From NCBI GenBank assembly GCA_046563655.1, contig CM102283.1:8370001-8434000 (forward strand): 64,000 nucleotides of DNA. Reading direction: 5' to 3'. Below are positions 39,083 to 52,700 of the stretch, one piece after another. Both the position numbers and the translations under genes were made by a program. The number at the start of each line of letters is the position of its first letter. Position 1 is the first letter of the stretch. The stretch is from Yuukianura sp. NJ FZ-2021. Its lineage: Eukaryota. The notes beneath the pieces are model-generated. The model ran no database searches, had not been told where the DNA came from, and saw only the letters and a program-made list of their open reading frames with translations.

Positions 39083-42000
39083 TCAAAGGGGTGTTGGCAT
39101 TGGAACATCTTCGGCATCTTTCCGCTGACGTATATTTTCTGTGTCTTCGCCAAATTGATGGTTGTAGAACTCACGGCGCATGAGTGAGTCCAAGGTTGAA
39201 CACCGGAAGCAAAGAATCTCCTGGATTATGTAAATTATTTTATATTTTATAATAATTGTTTAATTTATATAAACTGACCTTGAAAGGTTTACGGAAGTCT
39301 CGGTTTAGAGTTGCGTAGATGACGGGGTTGAGAGCTGAATTGGCGTAACCTAGCCATAGGAAGAGCGAAGATACCCACTCTGGTATATGTAGGTCTAAAA
39401 ACAAAAAAAAAGAAGATTTTTGGAAATTTAGATAGCTGCGCAGCATATTTTTTTGCCAAAATGGTTTGTTTTTTGGATTCTTTTGAATTTTGAATAAGGG
39501 CGCGGCGGAAGAAAAGAAAAGCGGAAATGAATTTGAATTTCCCACCGCTGTGCTAAATGAGCCACTAAAAGCTTAACCAAAGCCACTTTTGATTCATGTT
39601 TGCAAAAATTATTAGCGGAAATTGTATGTTTCGTAAGATAAAACTCCATTTGCGCATGTGCAGATTAATTTTTTTGAAATGCTTACCATAAATAGTTGAA
39701 AATGGTCTAACAAGAGCTAGAGCAAAGAAGGGAAACCAGCAGACAATGAAGGCTGTCATGATGATTCCTAGTGTCGTGGAAGCTTTGTGTTCCCGTAGAC
39801 TCATAACAACTTTGTCTAAAAAATGTTTTAAAAAAAAGTTTTTTTTTCCAAAATTTTATCAAAAGTGAATCACTTTTTTAAAAAATGTTTACCCTTTTTC
39901 AACCTATGTGTATGTGTGGACTGGATACCCCCATTTTGACGGTTGAGACTCACAGAAGAGGCTTTTGTGTGGAGCAGAACTGCGTTTTGCTGGGTCCGCG
40001 CCTGCGCCGTGGTTTGAACCGGGACTGGACGGAGCTTCCAACTCATTTCTTTCTTCTTTTCAGCCACAACACGCAAAATTTTGACGTAGACGACCACCAT
40101 TACCAGAAGTGGGACGTAGAATGAGACCATGGTCGCATATATCTGATACCTAAGGCAAAGTCAAACGGCAAAATTTTGACGTCATTTGTTTTTGCTTGAA
40201 GTTTTTTGACGTATGAGAAGTTGATGACGTACTACGCATTTTTTGCTTGTGTGTGATTTATAAAATGAACGCGTGTGTTCGTTAGGGTTAACCGCCAAAG
40301 CGACCATAATTGGACCGACTTTTTTCAAATGTTTTTTTTTTTGCTTTAGCGCGCTTTTGTTCAAATGATCTTTCCTTTCCCGCCCTTTTGTTCAAACTAT
40401 TTTTGTAGTAAACCAAGGTTTGCCTGAAAAGAAGTGTTGCAGCGTAGGTTTCAAAGTTTAGCGCCGCTTCCACTTGAGATTTGACACTTTGTAGAAACTA
40501 GGATTTGGAAAATTGATTTTTCTAGTGCTAAGGGACCGCTACCCACAAAAGACCCAATTACTCCACGTTCCTCCAAAACAGCACAAATTGCGTCGTACAT
40601 AGAGTTACTACCAAAAAATCCAATGGTTCCAATTAGGACAATAGAGAAAGCAAAATAGCACCAAGTTTCAAAATTCCCTGAAGAAATTTTCAAAAATAGA
40701 AGAAAAAAAAGTGGTCGCAAACAACCATTTTTCTTTTTAAAGAAAAACAAGACAAATTTTGAAAAGGAGAGCAAAAGTGACAGGTGAAAGGAATGAAAAG
40801 TGACACTTTTGACAAGTCGTTGTGGTGGCTAGGAACCGTTGCAGCTATCGCTTCCTGTACTTAAGTTATGTTATGTTAGGCTGTATTCTTACCAGAAATT
40901 TTGTGAAACTGTACAAATAGGTATTGAGGGGTCATCGGGGTCATGGTGCTCATTTCCTAGAAGGAGGAGCGGCGGAACTGAGACGCAGGCGCTTCCGAGC
41001 CAAACAAAGAAAATGACAGCGAGCATCCGTTTGGGTGAGGATTTGGCGGAATATTCAAGTGGAGAGGTAATGGCACGGTAACGGTCCACTGAGATCCCAC
41101 AGAGATTCAAAATGGAAGCTGTACAGCAGAGAACGTCCGCTAAAATTCAAAAAATTACACTTTTTAACACTTTTTTAAACATAACTTACCAAAATTTAAA
41201 AAAAAAGACACTGACACAATGATTTTTTGAGTTTGAAAATTTGTTTCCAGGCGAGGCCCCAGGAAGTTTTGCCCAGCAACGCTTGTCAAAAAAATATTTT
41301 TTTAAAAACTGCTTGGTACAAAAGAAACTCCAAAGAAAGAGAATTTTTTTTTTGAAACGAAGTTTGAAATCAGCAGATCAAGACTTCAAGACGCAGAGGA
41401 TAGAAAATAGAAAGAATCGATTACGCGGGAAAAGCGATTACTTTCAATTTACTACAATTCCAATATGCTTCAGTTCACAATAAATGGTTTTTCATGTCGT
41501 TTTTTATCCTGTAGGTGGCCAGTACCGTACAAAACATATCGTCATCACATTCTTTTTTTGTGTCCAATTTTACAAAACGAACAAAACTCAATTTCAAATC
41601 TAACCGCCCCTTCACAAATCCCAAAAAGTTTTTGTCCATAACACTTTGTATATGCCAAATTTTATTTTATTTTGTTGGCACTCGGAAACGTTTTTTGGCC
41701 TCTTTTTGAACAGTGTCGTCCATTCAAACTTTTCCAAAATCCTTATCGATTTCATCTTCTATTAGCAAATGACGTCAGTTACAGAAACAGTTTTTGAAAA
41801 ATTGTTCTTTTTGTTCAATAACCGTAAAAAAGTGAGGCAAAACATGGTTTTGAATGAAATAGGTAGAACACGGAAGCATAAGTGTCAAGTCCACTTTGTT
41901 CTTGGACAAGTTTGAAAAGTGGAGCGTTTTTGGAGAAGTAGGGGGCAATGACCAATGTTGGATTTGAAATGGTTTTCAAAATATAATTTGTCACGTTTTA

Positions 42001-45000
42001 TTTGACATTTCCTTTTGAACTTGGTCGTACAAAAGCAAATTGTCCCATTTTCAACATCTATCCACTTTAACTTATGGGCTAACTCTGTTTTCAAAGTGTG
42101 CTCCCGCATCAATCCAACAAATACTTAATGATACCGTAAACGTTCAATTACAAGCACAAATTCCTAAAACTTAGCAAAAAAAAAAAAATTTCTTGTACCA
42201 ATTTCAGTGGATAATAAAATTAGTCAAACAGAAGTCCTCTTTAAGACAAAAAAATTACAAAAATTTTGGCAAAAAATTTTGGTAAAAAAATTACACATTT
42301 TTTTTTTTTTAGAATTTTTGAATTCTGATTTCTTATTCCAGAAACCTTAGATGATTCAGGAAATGTTGGGGAAAAATGGTTTGAAATTTCTCGACTTTGA
42401 AAATTCAAATTGGGGTGAAAAATCGATTTTTTTTCTCTTCTATAGAGATTTCAGATTAGACAAAAGAAAAAACCGAGACAAAAAAGACGCTCTTTGCTTA
42501 AGTATTTTTTGGGACTAAAAAAATATGATGAGTTTGACATGGATGAAAGTGGAGATTGGTGGAACAAAAGCTTTTTACTAAAATCGATTGGAGATTGGAC
42601 TGTCAAGTATCACTTTACGGTATCAAGTATCTCTATTGACCAGGAAAAAAAAACTACCAACCACACATAATTTTTTGTTCCAAGAACATGAAAAATGTCG
42701 GCCCGTAGACAGATTTAGTGAATGTCTTGAAAAATTACGGTAGTGATTTTTTTGTTTCTGGATTTGTTCAACCCCACACTGCAATATGGAATGACTGGAC
42801 TTTTGTGGAGGCGGAAGTGGATGACTGGCATTCACTGCGAGTGAGTCACTCCTTCACTCCATCATCTAAAAATGGACTTCCAGAATAAACTGAAGAGTGA
42901 GTGTTGTACAGTGTACTGCGGTTGAGTGGGTTAATGGGATCTTGAAGTGGTTTCATCATTCCATCATTCCGTTTTCCCACTTTTTTGTTCGTATTTTTAC
43001 AAATGGAGGCAATCCATCAGAATCCTCAAGTCCACTTCATCTCCACGTCCATTTCCATGACAACACCGGGAGATTCATCTCTCTTGGCTAAGCTAACCAA
43101 ATGCTCTAAAGCAAGGTTCCTCGACAATGGAAGATGAATTTTCTTTAACAGGTTGAGTATTACCTCGCTTGTTTAAAAAAAAAATTTGATACCAATTTTG
43201 GTAGGTACCGATTCCTCTGAAAAATTTAAAAAATTCGGTTGCATTGTTATGACTACGAGACAATGAAATGAACGACACTTTCTTTGCAAAATCGAAAAAA
43301 ACATGAGGTATTACTCAACCTGTGAGAGAAAATCAAAGTCGACAAACCTTGGTTCTGGAGTATTGACTAACTATAACGGAAAATTCCTAGCCTAACTGAA
43401 ACCATAACCTAACATTTTGAGAGCGTCCGAAGTCTAATGACTTCCAGCACGCATGGCGGCTCGATGGAAATGAGCGTCAAGATATGATGGATCGGCGCCA
43501 CCAGCTGCCCGATTCACATCTTCAAAAGTTCCCGCGCTTCCAGCGATTTGAAATCGCTGAAATTTGGACAGCAAGAGCCGAAAGCCATTGTGGAACTGAA
43601 GCGAAAGGTTCAAGATTCCTGGAACTTGTTGGCAGAGCGTTAAGATTCCACAAACTTTTTCTTGTCAGAGTTAAGATTCCAGAAAGCGCGGGAAGTTTTG
43701 AAAAGTGGCGTCCAATGGGAACCTCACTAAAGTTACTGCCCCACCGAGAGACTTGGTGGCTGCACTTGGTTTTGGTGGGACAGCGGCGGTGGAACCAAGA
43801 TGGATCTCTGGGGAGTACTTGACATGGGGCATCCCAGGACCTCAACCTTCCACAAAGACACACGCTTAAGCCTAAGAAACTGGATGCTGCGTGGTGGAAT
43901 CGATCCCATAACACTTTATGATAAAAGTCCTATCATGTCTCTCCACATCTCATTCACAAAAAAAAAGATCCAATTCCATAATCGCCCGCTTTTTTAAAAA
44001 GTTGGTGCGTTTTTTACAGGAAGCTGCCATTGCTATCTCACAATCTCCTCGAAGCGTACCAAATTCAAAAAGACATTTCCAGTGAGAAGAGTTCCCATTT
44101 TTTGAAAATGGACTCAAACCGGGTACTAAATAGGTTTTAGGCAGAATATAAAATTCACAACTGCCCAATTTTTACTGTCTGTTCTATACTCGATTTGTTC
44201 CAGTTCAACAACACGATTCAACAAAATCTATTATAAAAATGGTCAAAATTCAAGTGCTGTTCTTCGTTTCCAATTTAGTTTTGATCAAAAACGAAAAAAC
44301 TATCTCTCATCTTGTTTTTTAAATTCTTTAGGTTTTGGTTTTCATTGGTCAAGTTCACTCGTGCGGAACATTTTTAATTAGAAAATGTGGTGCTTGAAAT
44401 TTTGAAAAACTACTTCTTCTTTTTTTAAATTTGGCTCGCGTCAGCAGGATCATCTAGCAAGTTATAATCCTTCCAGTTTCGGAGTAATTACGGAAAAACG
44501 CATGACTAAAATGCTGATACGGACTGAAATGCAGAGCCAAAAAAATCGTGACTTGTTCAAATTTTGATCAGCAACTTTTTTTTTTAATTTTTTCCTAAGA
44601 AAATGTAGTAGCAGCTCTGCGTCATCATAGTTTACATTAGTAGTTAGGTTTTATCTCTGCTCCGTGTCTATTTTTGAAGTGGAGTAGTTTTTGCTGAACC
44701 AAAAAGGAATAGCTTTACTTTGAAATTGAGGAATTACGAGTTCCTAATTTATGTTTAGTTTTGCCTATAATTGGAACATAGAAACTTCAAAATTTTGAAA
44801 ACAAAATATGAAATACTTCGGATTTGTGAAACAACTTTTGAAAATGAGTGTTAGCCTGGTACTAGACTTGTGTAGTGTTACTATTAATTATTGATTCCGA
44901 CACAGTCCAATTACTAAACTAAAAAGAACACGCCTCTGCACAGCCCACTTTCACTTTCTCCGTTTCCACTTTAATATTATAAGCCTCTTCCAACTTTCTT

Positions 45001-48000
45001 TTGAGCAACACAACCACTGAAGTTCGATAGTATGCATAGGATTGTACTTTTCAATTACTTTTTTAAAGTGAACAAATTTTGGAAAAAGAGTGAAAAATGT
45101 ATTTCAATTTTGTGAATGTCATCTCCCGCTGTTTCGGTTCAAATCAGATTGACCACAGTTGTATTTTTTTCATTTCCTTCTACACTTTTTTCATCTAGTT
45201 CCAAAATTCCCTTATTTCCTCATTTACCATCAATTTTTACAAGCAGTCGGCCCATAACAGAGACGCTACCGTCTGGTCCAGACTCACAAATGAAGACGGA
45301 CGTCGTCCAATGAAGGAGTAACTGGACACTTATGGACGGAAATTTATGGACGGTAAGCCATGGACGGGCAGGTTGAACAAAACTAATTTCAGCATGATTG
45401 AATTTTCATGAAGTCCACGGTTGTACCGTTCAAAAATTGGACGGAATTAAATCAAGGTTTGTAAACAAAAAAAAACTTCTTCTACACCAGGTTGTCCAAT
45501 AATTGGAAGTTTTAAGATTTGTTTGAAACTAGCAAATCTGCCTTTCTAAGGTAATTTTTTGCATGTAATGTAAATGAGGTTAGTGCATAAATTTTTATGA
45601 AGTAAAGTTTTTTAAACCGTGAGTTATTGGACAGCCTGTTGTAGGGATTACAATTACGGTTGTCAAAGAACCTTGGATTTAAAGTGTACCGGTGCGAAAG
45701 TTTCCGTACAAGAAAGTCGAGGAATGGCGGGAAACTTTGAAAATGGATTTTTGGTCAGATTGTGGCGGGAAAAGGAAAGGAGCGCGTACGGGCCGGAGCG
45801 GAAAGGTTTTAAGTTTATTAGGTTTCGTTTGAAATCAACAGTTCTGTGAGTCGGAGCGGGAGAGTGTCCCACTGGGCTTAATTTCCGATTCGGTTTTTTC
45901 GGTTCTTCTCTCACACTAAAGTCCAAATCCCTCTGCCACATAAGTCTTCATTCCCTTAGAAACCTCATTGGGATTAATAGAATTCTGGAGCACCACCATC
46001 AACCACCCCACGAACAGATTGAAAGCCCCACCGGCCGAATCCCACCGTCTCCATGGCTCTGGACATTCTCTATCCTAAATCTTGGCGGGCAACGGCATTT
46101 GAACTCCCGCTTTTCTTGGATCCCGTCACTTCCAATTTCCAGGGCTCCGAACTTTGAAAAATGAGGATCCGCACGGCATCAATTCGCTTCCCGCCGCAAA
46201 TTATAAGAAAATTTTCTTCTCCCGCTCAATTTCTTATAAATTCCGAGCATTACTTCAAATTAGTTGGACATAAAAGTTTAATTTTGGATTTGACTCGTAT
46301 CCATCATACTTAGGCTAAAAGTTAAGCCTTTAATTTTAGGTTGGTTCAGATTAGGTTAGTGAAGGTTTTCCATCAAAATTTTGAGTATAATCTACCATGA
46401 CTGGAGATTAAACCAAAACATAATCCAGCGTTTCAAATCTTCCCGCTTCCGGCTTGCCTGTGCGTCCTGCTTTGTGATTTCCAATTTGGGGAAAGGTTTT
46501 GGATGGTTGTTGATCCCATGATCTCTTATGTTCATACTTTCCCTCTCTTTCTATAGTTTTGGTTAGCTTTCTCTGTTGATTATGGTCCATCGACTGACTC
46601 TCGTAATGGACTTCTGGAGTCATAGTCATAGTAGTTCCTCACTAATTCAAACTCGGAGCCTATTTTCTCCACTGAAATATTCATGTTCACGTCTCTCTGA
46701 ACTTTACTCAAACTTTGAAATTTTTCCTAAAGTTCGAGCCTTTACTTTAGCTGTGCCTTAGAACAAAAAGAGACTTGAACCAAAACAATTCCCTTATTAC
46801 GATCTCATAAAAATCTAAACAAAGTCAGAGTAACCCGCCGCAGCTCGTAAAGAAACTGTTAACGGCAAGCCTGAAAAACTCCGACTTTGGGCGCGGCTTT
46901 TTTTAAATCTACCGTCTCAGTTCAATTTCGAAAAAGCGGAGAAAGTTTTATCCCCCAAAATGTTAGATTATGAAAAAGTTATATACTGTACACAACACAT
47001 AAAAAGTTATGTTTAGGTGATGACGTTTGGAAAATGAAAAAGTGAAAGTCAGTTTAGAAATTTTGACTAAACCTGTAGACGTAAAGAAATTAGATATGCA
47101 GAGAGAAGTTCACGAAGCAGGAGAAAGTTTGGTCATAAAAGGAGAGAGCAAAGGAAATCAGAAGAAGAAAGTCCGTAACTGGACAGGGCACAAAAAGCTT
47201 CCTCCTTTGGTCCAAGTTACTACTAAGAAAATAATGAACTCCAAAAGGAGAGGGAAAGTTTGAAAAAGATAAAAATCATGACTAAGAGGCATGGAGATGA
47301 AAGCTTAACTGGATTCTGAAATAGACTTTTGAAATTTTGAATTAAAGCGGACCCATTTTACTTTACATGTTTACATCTTGACATTGTTAACTTCTGAGAG
47401 AACAAGATTAAGTTCTTTGAAGAGACATTGCAGATACTTAAGTAAGACGGGTTTAATTATAATCTTAAGTTCTGCCTAGTTTCTCGAAATAATCCCGCAT
47501 TTTTGAGAAAACGGAAAACAAAATTTTCTAATTTTGGAAACGATGAGAGAAAAGCGTTTACTTTGAATAATGACTTTTTGTGACGCAAACGTTTTAAAAA
47601 TAAGTAGAAAAAACGGAGAGATTTTTTTAGAAAACCGGAAACTGGGCAGAAATGCAAAAAAAAAAGCTTAATTTTTGGGCAAAACCAGAAAAAAAAATTA
47701 GCAAGAATCAACCAATTTTTTTGACAAAACAGTTGAAAATTAACAACAAAAAAAAACCAAATGTTTGTACAAACGAGGGAAATTATAAACAGACTAAAAA
47801 CTGAGCCATTTTTTACAAACTAGGAGAAAGTTGACAAATAAAAAGTCACTTTTTGGACAAAACGAAAACCCGAATTTTTGGACAACCCGGGAGAATCAAT
47901 TTTGTACAGCATTTTTTCCGTTTCTGTCTTTTTTCTCCGTTTTTATGCCTTATGGTTCCATACTATTCCCTAACATAACAATTTTTTCGTAATGGTCTTC

Positions 48001-49742
48001 TACTGCTAAAGCCCTAGCCTATGTTCCTTTTTAGTTTTATTATAACAAACAAGTAAAAAGCAAAGAGGTTCATAACTTTTGTCCTAAGATTTCCTGGAAG
48101 ATTGTTATAACCCTAGAGATTTATGGTTTTTCCCCTCTTTTACCAAATCCAGATCATGTCCCACCAAAAGGCTACTTTTCTGCGTGTACTTTTACTTCAA
48201 CAAACTAATTTTAGGTTTCTTTGAACTTTTGGAGTAAAGTCTACTGAAAATTAATTATCGGATGACGGACTTTCCAGATTTTTTCAGAATTTAATCTTCG
48301 TCTTCTACAACTTTTTGGAATGAATGGCGTGCGGAAACAACCTGTTTGAAACTATTTTTGATAGGCTATTGTTGGATTTTGAAAGAAAAATGTTGACTGA
48401 ATGAAAAATTAAACTAGGTGTCAAAAAGTTAATAATTTTGATAGAATTGCTAATGTGCAAAGACAAGAAAATTATTCTTGGAAGGAAAAAGAATGAAAGG
48501 CGCTAATGTTTGAAGTCTATTATGTCCAACACCTCCGCACTTTTCTGGAACAAACACACCCTAACACTCTACCTTTCAACGTCAGAGGCTCCAGAATGAA
48601 CAGCATTGGTTAAAAAAGATGATTGTTAAGCTAATTGACGCAATTTGAATTTGAAATTTTGAAAACAAAACAAACAAAGCCTAACCCAACAATTTCCAGT
48701 TCAAATGTTTCAAATTTAGCATCAAATTCGCACCTTGTTAGAACAAAAGCAGAAAGTCGAAGGTCGTAAGGCCACGAAATTTAAAATTACAAAAACAAGA
48801 ACAAAGCGGCGTCATGTTTAATTTCAATAATTTTCAAATGTTTCTTCTCTCAACAACGACAAAAATTGTCACAGGACACAAAAACCGGAAGTACATTGTC
48901 AGGAATCACGAAATTTAAAGTTGTTGTCGCAAAAACTAACAAAAAATCCAAGGTTTGTTGACTCTGATTTTCTTTAACAGGTTGGGAAATACCTCATGTT
49001 TTTTTTTTGATTTTGGAAAAAAAAGTGTTATAACCATAAAGCCAATTTTTTTTAATTTTGCATACGAATTGGTGCTAATTTTACAGAATCATACTATAAA
49101 TTGGCACTAATTTTTTGTTCTTTTTTGCCAACAAGCGATATAGTACCCAACCTGTTAAAGAAAAATCGTTTTTCGTTGTCAAGGAACCTTGAAAAAATCA
49201 TTTTGTTAAATTTAGTGGTAAAGGCTCACCTGATACAAAGAGATCACAAAGTGCAGGGTCAAGGGGCCACTTATTTTGATGAAACTCATTGACAATTGCA
49301 AAGGGCATCACCACAAGGGCCACTCCAATGTCGCTCATGGCCAGTGACACNNNNNNNNNNNNNNNNNNNNNNNNNNNNNNNNNNNNNNNNNNNNNNNNNN
49401 NNNNNNNNNNNNNNNNNNNNNNNNNNNNNNNNNNNNNNNNNNNNNNNNNNGTAAATAGTTCTGAGGTCGACGGAGTTTGCGCACTAAGATAACTGCTAAG
49501 CACACCAGCAGATTCCCAACAATAGTAGAAGCTATAAGGGCCCCCAGGAAGGTCACGAGGAGCCAGGACGCAGTGGACTTGGGGGTCAAGGGGAGGGGGG
49601 CAGGGGTACTTAAGGGCCTAAAAGTGCTGCTCTCTGTGCCTTCCTGCTCCATTAGTTGCAGTTCCCACCAGTAGTCACTTCCACTATTAGTTGAGGACCC
49701 ATTGTAAGGGCCCTCGGTCATCACAACGTCAAAAGTCCCCAT
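39083..49742 (-). CDS. Serotonin receptor, 5-HT7 type (class A GPCR)
   Basis: Exons 49742-49230 (contains the N gap), 41139-40893, 40149-39893, 39815-39687, 39394-39279 and 39220-39083. The protein reads [142 protein letters not shown]. These motifs are characteristic of insect 5-HT7. Confidence 0.92.
43112..43351. mobile_element. P-element-like MITE family, copy 2 (in the 5-HT7 large intron)
   Basis: Termini CAAGGTT...AACCTTG, with inner inverted repeat acaggttgagtattacctc / gaggtattactcaacctgt. TSD degraded. Confidence 0.8.
48949..49191. mobile_element. P-element-like MITE family, copy 3 (opposite orientation), intact 8-bp TSD
   Basis: Termini CAAGGTT...AACCTTG, with inner IR ttttctttaacaggttggg / cccaacctgttaaagaaaa. 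Flanked by AAAAAATC at 48941-48948 and 49192-49199. Confidence 0.88.
49351..49450. other. Assembly gap (100 N placeholder) inside the first coding exon of the 5-HT7 gene
   Basis: A run of exactly 100 n. Confidence 1.
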
Positions 49743-52700
49743 TGGCCAAAACCATAACTATTCTTAACCAATCACAATTCAAATTCAAAATTTAAAACTT
49801 AGAGCAATACTCCGAATTCCCCGAATTCGGATCCTCCAGACCTGATTTCGTCCATGGCCAACAACAGACTGAGCGGACTCCAGACCGCGTTGACGAGTTT
49901 TCTCTTTTTCCTTGTCTTTAGACCACGCAGAGTTCGCATTTGCAAACTGTGGACGTCGAATCTCACCACAGCTTTTTTTTGCAATTTGCAAAAAAGTTTG
50001 CAAAAATAGTCACCAAGCTACGCGTACTTTCCTGTTCACATTTAAAAAAGTTAAAAATAATGACAATGATGAGAGCTTTTTGTGCTAATTGTGTGCCAAT
50101 GTCAATGACAACGATACTCAGCACACGCGAACTCAAAACTTGGCAAGCACATCACCTTAGAAATGAGTTTTAGCAGTACTTATAACTGCGAATGACTAAT
50201 CAACACATTGACTGAGAGAGTGACTGGCTAATCGCCTGACTGACGGACACTCTGACTCCCACTCGAAATCAAATTTTTTTTTGAATTCTATGCAACATTT
50301 TGACTTTTGTGCTTAAAAAGTTTAACTTTTAGAACAAAGTATGCCACTATGCTAAAATATTGTGAATATATGCATAAGAGCATAGTATATTTGTAGTATG
50401 TAAGATGTGATTTTGGCTTCATTTTGTTATGTGTTGGTTTGTAGAGATGATGGATGATGTCCAAATCCACATCTCCATCCACTTGACACCTTCGCTTCAA
50501 TGAGCATAGACTGAGAAGCGCCAAAATTCAAATTTCAAAATAACACAAAAGACTATGCCAGGTTTTTGCAAGACAATGGAACAGGAAGATCCGGATTTTG
50601 AATGGACGGCGCGTAGCTTTTGAGGCAGCACATAACAGACGTCACTTTAAATTTGTTTGCGGCGGTTTCAAAGTCAAAAGGGACATTCATTTCTCTTAAG
50701 CCCAAAAGTTTAGTTTTATGGCTGGTTTTAGTATAAAACCTAAACTTTTAGATCACAAGCGTCAGTATACGAGCATAGCTCATGGTTTCAAAATTTTGAA
50801 TTTTGGCGGCACAGTCAGCTGAAAGGGCGGATGTAAGCTTAAAAGGCTTAACTTTAACTTGTTTGTGGAAGCTTAGCTTCTATGAAATATTTTTTGGCTG
50901 TTATCCATCATCCATTTGTATACAAAATGAATTCTACCTGACTTGGACGCTGATCTAAAGCTAAAATTTTGAAAATTTTTTTTTGAAAAGTAATTTTTCA
51001 TGTTTTTGAAAACTAATTTTTCATGTCTTTCTGCCGAAAAGTCCACCCCCAGCCGAATCGCTTTTCCAATTACAACTTTCTCTTTTTTTTTCTCGGTTAG
51101 TTGAGATTCTAAGGGCCCCTTTCTCTGTAACCTAACTTGGAAAAGTAGACCTTCAAGTCCCCAGGGACCCTCAAAGACACTTTCAATTACACAAGTTCCA
51201 TTTCTGAAGCTACGCTCTTGTACCGTTACAGTTCGTTTCCAATTCCATACGCAAATTTCCCTTTAGTCTTCGTCAGCTTTGAGTAAAAACGAGCTTTTGA
51301 TGAAAAGGGGCTTGAAAGATTCGTTCCAGTTTTTTCTTTCTTTTTTTTTTTTTACAAAAAAAGATAGAGACAGGAGTGACTTTTTTGAAAAAAAAAAGTT
51401 GAAAATATGAAAAACTGTGTTGAAAATATGACATGACATTTGTGAAAAGCGTTGTTTTTAATGTAACCAATAATAATATATTAGCATCCCACATCTGCCT
51501 TTGGCTTTTTCTTTTTCGTCTCCACATTTGGTACATAAAGGGACTTTTTTTGGAAGAAGAACCAAAAAAAGAGAAAGTTTTAGTTATAACAACAGCCGTT
51601 TCTGGTCGAAATTGGATAAGTTTTGAACAGAAACAAAAAAAAATTGTCATCTACAGTTGAACAACCACAAAATGTGACTTTTGGTTTTCATTTTTTTGGT
51701 TTTGGTATAATAGCAAATCCAATTTAGTAAATGGCGAAACACATTTCAAATTATTTGATTGAAGAGAACCGCCAAAAGTGATTTTTTTATCTTGACAATT
51801 TTTTGGATCCAATTTCTTCAAGTGTTTAGTTCCAGTTTGTTTGACTTAAATGCTAACTTAAGTGCAATTCCGTGTTCAAATTTTTTATTTTTGGCTCCAG
51901 TGTCAATTTGTTTAGTAAGAAAAACGAACTTTTTACAAACAAATGTAACAATTTTATTTGCACTTTTAATAAAAAAAAAAGTAAACAAAATCTTTTAGCT
52001 TTTAAGTGCCAATAAAATATCGTGCGGTAATAAAAGGTCAACATCCAACTCTCAAAAATTTCAAAATTTAAACATCCATAAAAAATTCCATATTTGCTGT
52101 TCCGGTTTGGCTAAAATTTGGAAAAACTTTTTTTGTGTCATAAAAAAGAGAAAAGTATTTTGGTGTTTCAAATTTTGGCCACAAAGGAACATGATGTGTT
52201 GCTTTTGTGTTGCGTCCAACTATTTGAAAATTTAAAATTTCCGTTTGAAACATAGTTTGTTTTTGTTCTCAACAAAATTTCTTTGGTTTGACGCTGTTAA
52301 TCTTCTAAGAAATTTTGAACACAAAAAAAGCTAAAGAAAGAATGAATAGAGTGAATGCGGATGATTGAAGATTGGCAGGAAAAAGATGATGATGGAATGC
52401 ACAAAAAACACAAACTGTTGCCAAAACTGTTTTTTTTCTTTTGTGCAAACAACGGCCGCTCCCTGACTTGACTTTCAATACTGAAAAATTCCAAAATCGT
52501 TTTTTAGACTTGCAAATTCCCAATATCTTGTGCAAAAAATCTATAAGGCTTTATTTTTTGCACACTTTCGCAAAAAGTAATTATAGACTCCTTTTTTGTT
52601 TAAAAAATTGGCAATTTGCCATGTGTCACACCACCGAATTGGCAATTAGCGTTATGACTCTATTGAAAAAGTCTCAAAGTTTTTTTTAGCTTCCATTTTT

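Noticed and set aside
49198-49742. Apparent frameshift/pseudogene in 5-HT7 exon 1
   Set aside because: It is caused by the arbitrary 100-N gap length. The flanking codons are consistent with an intact gene.
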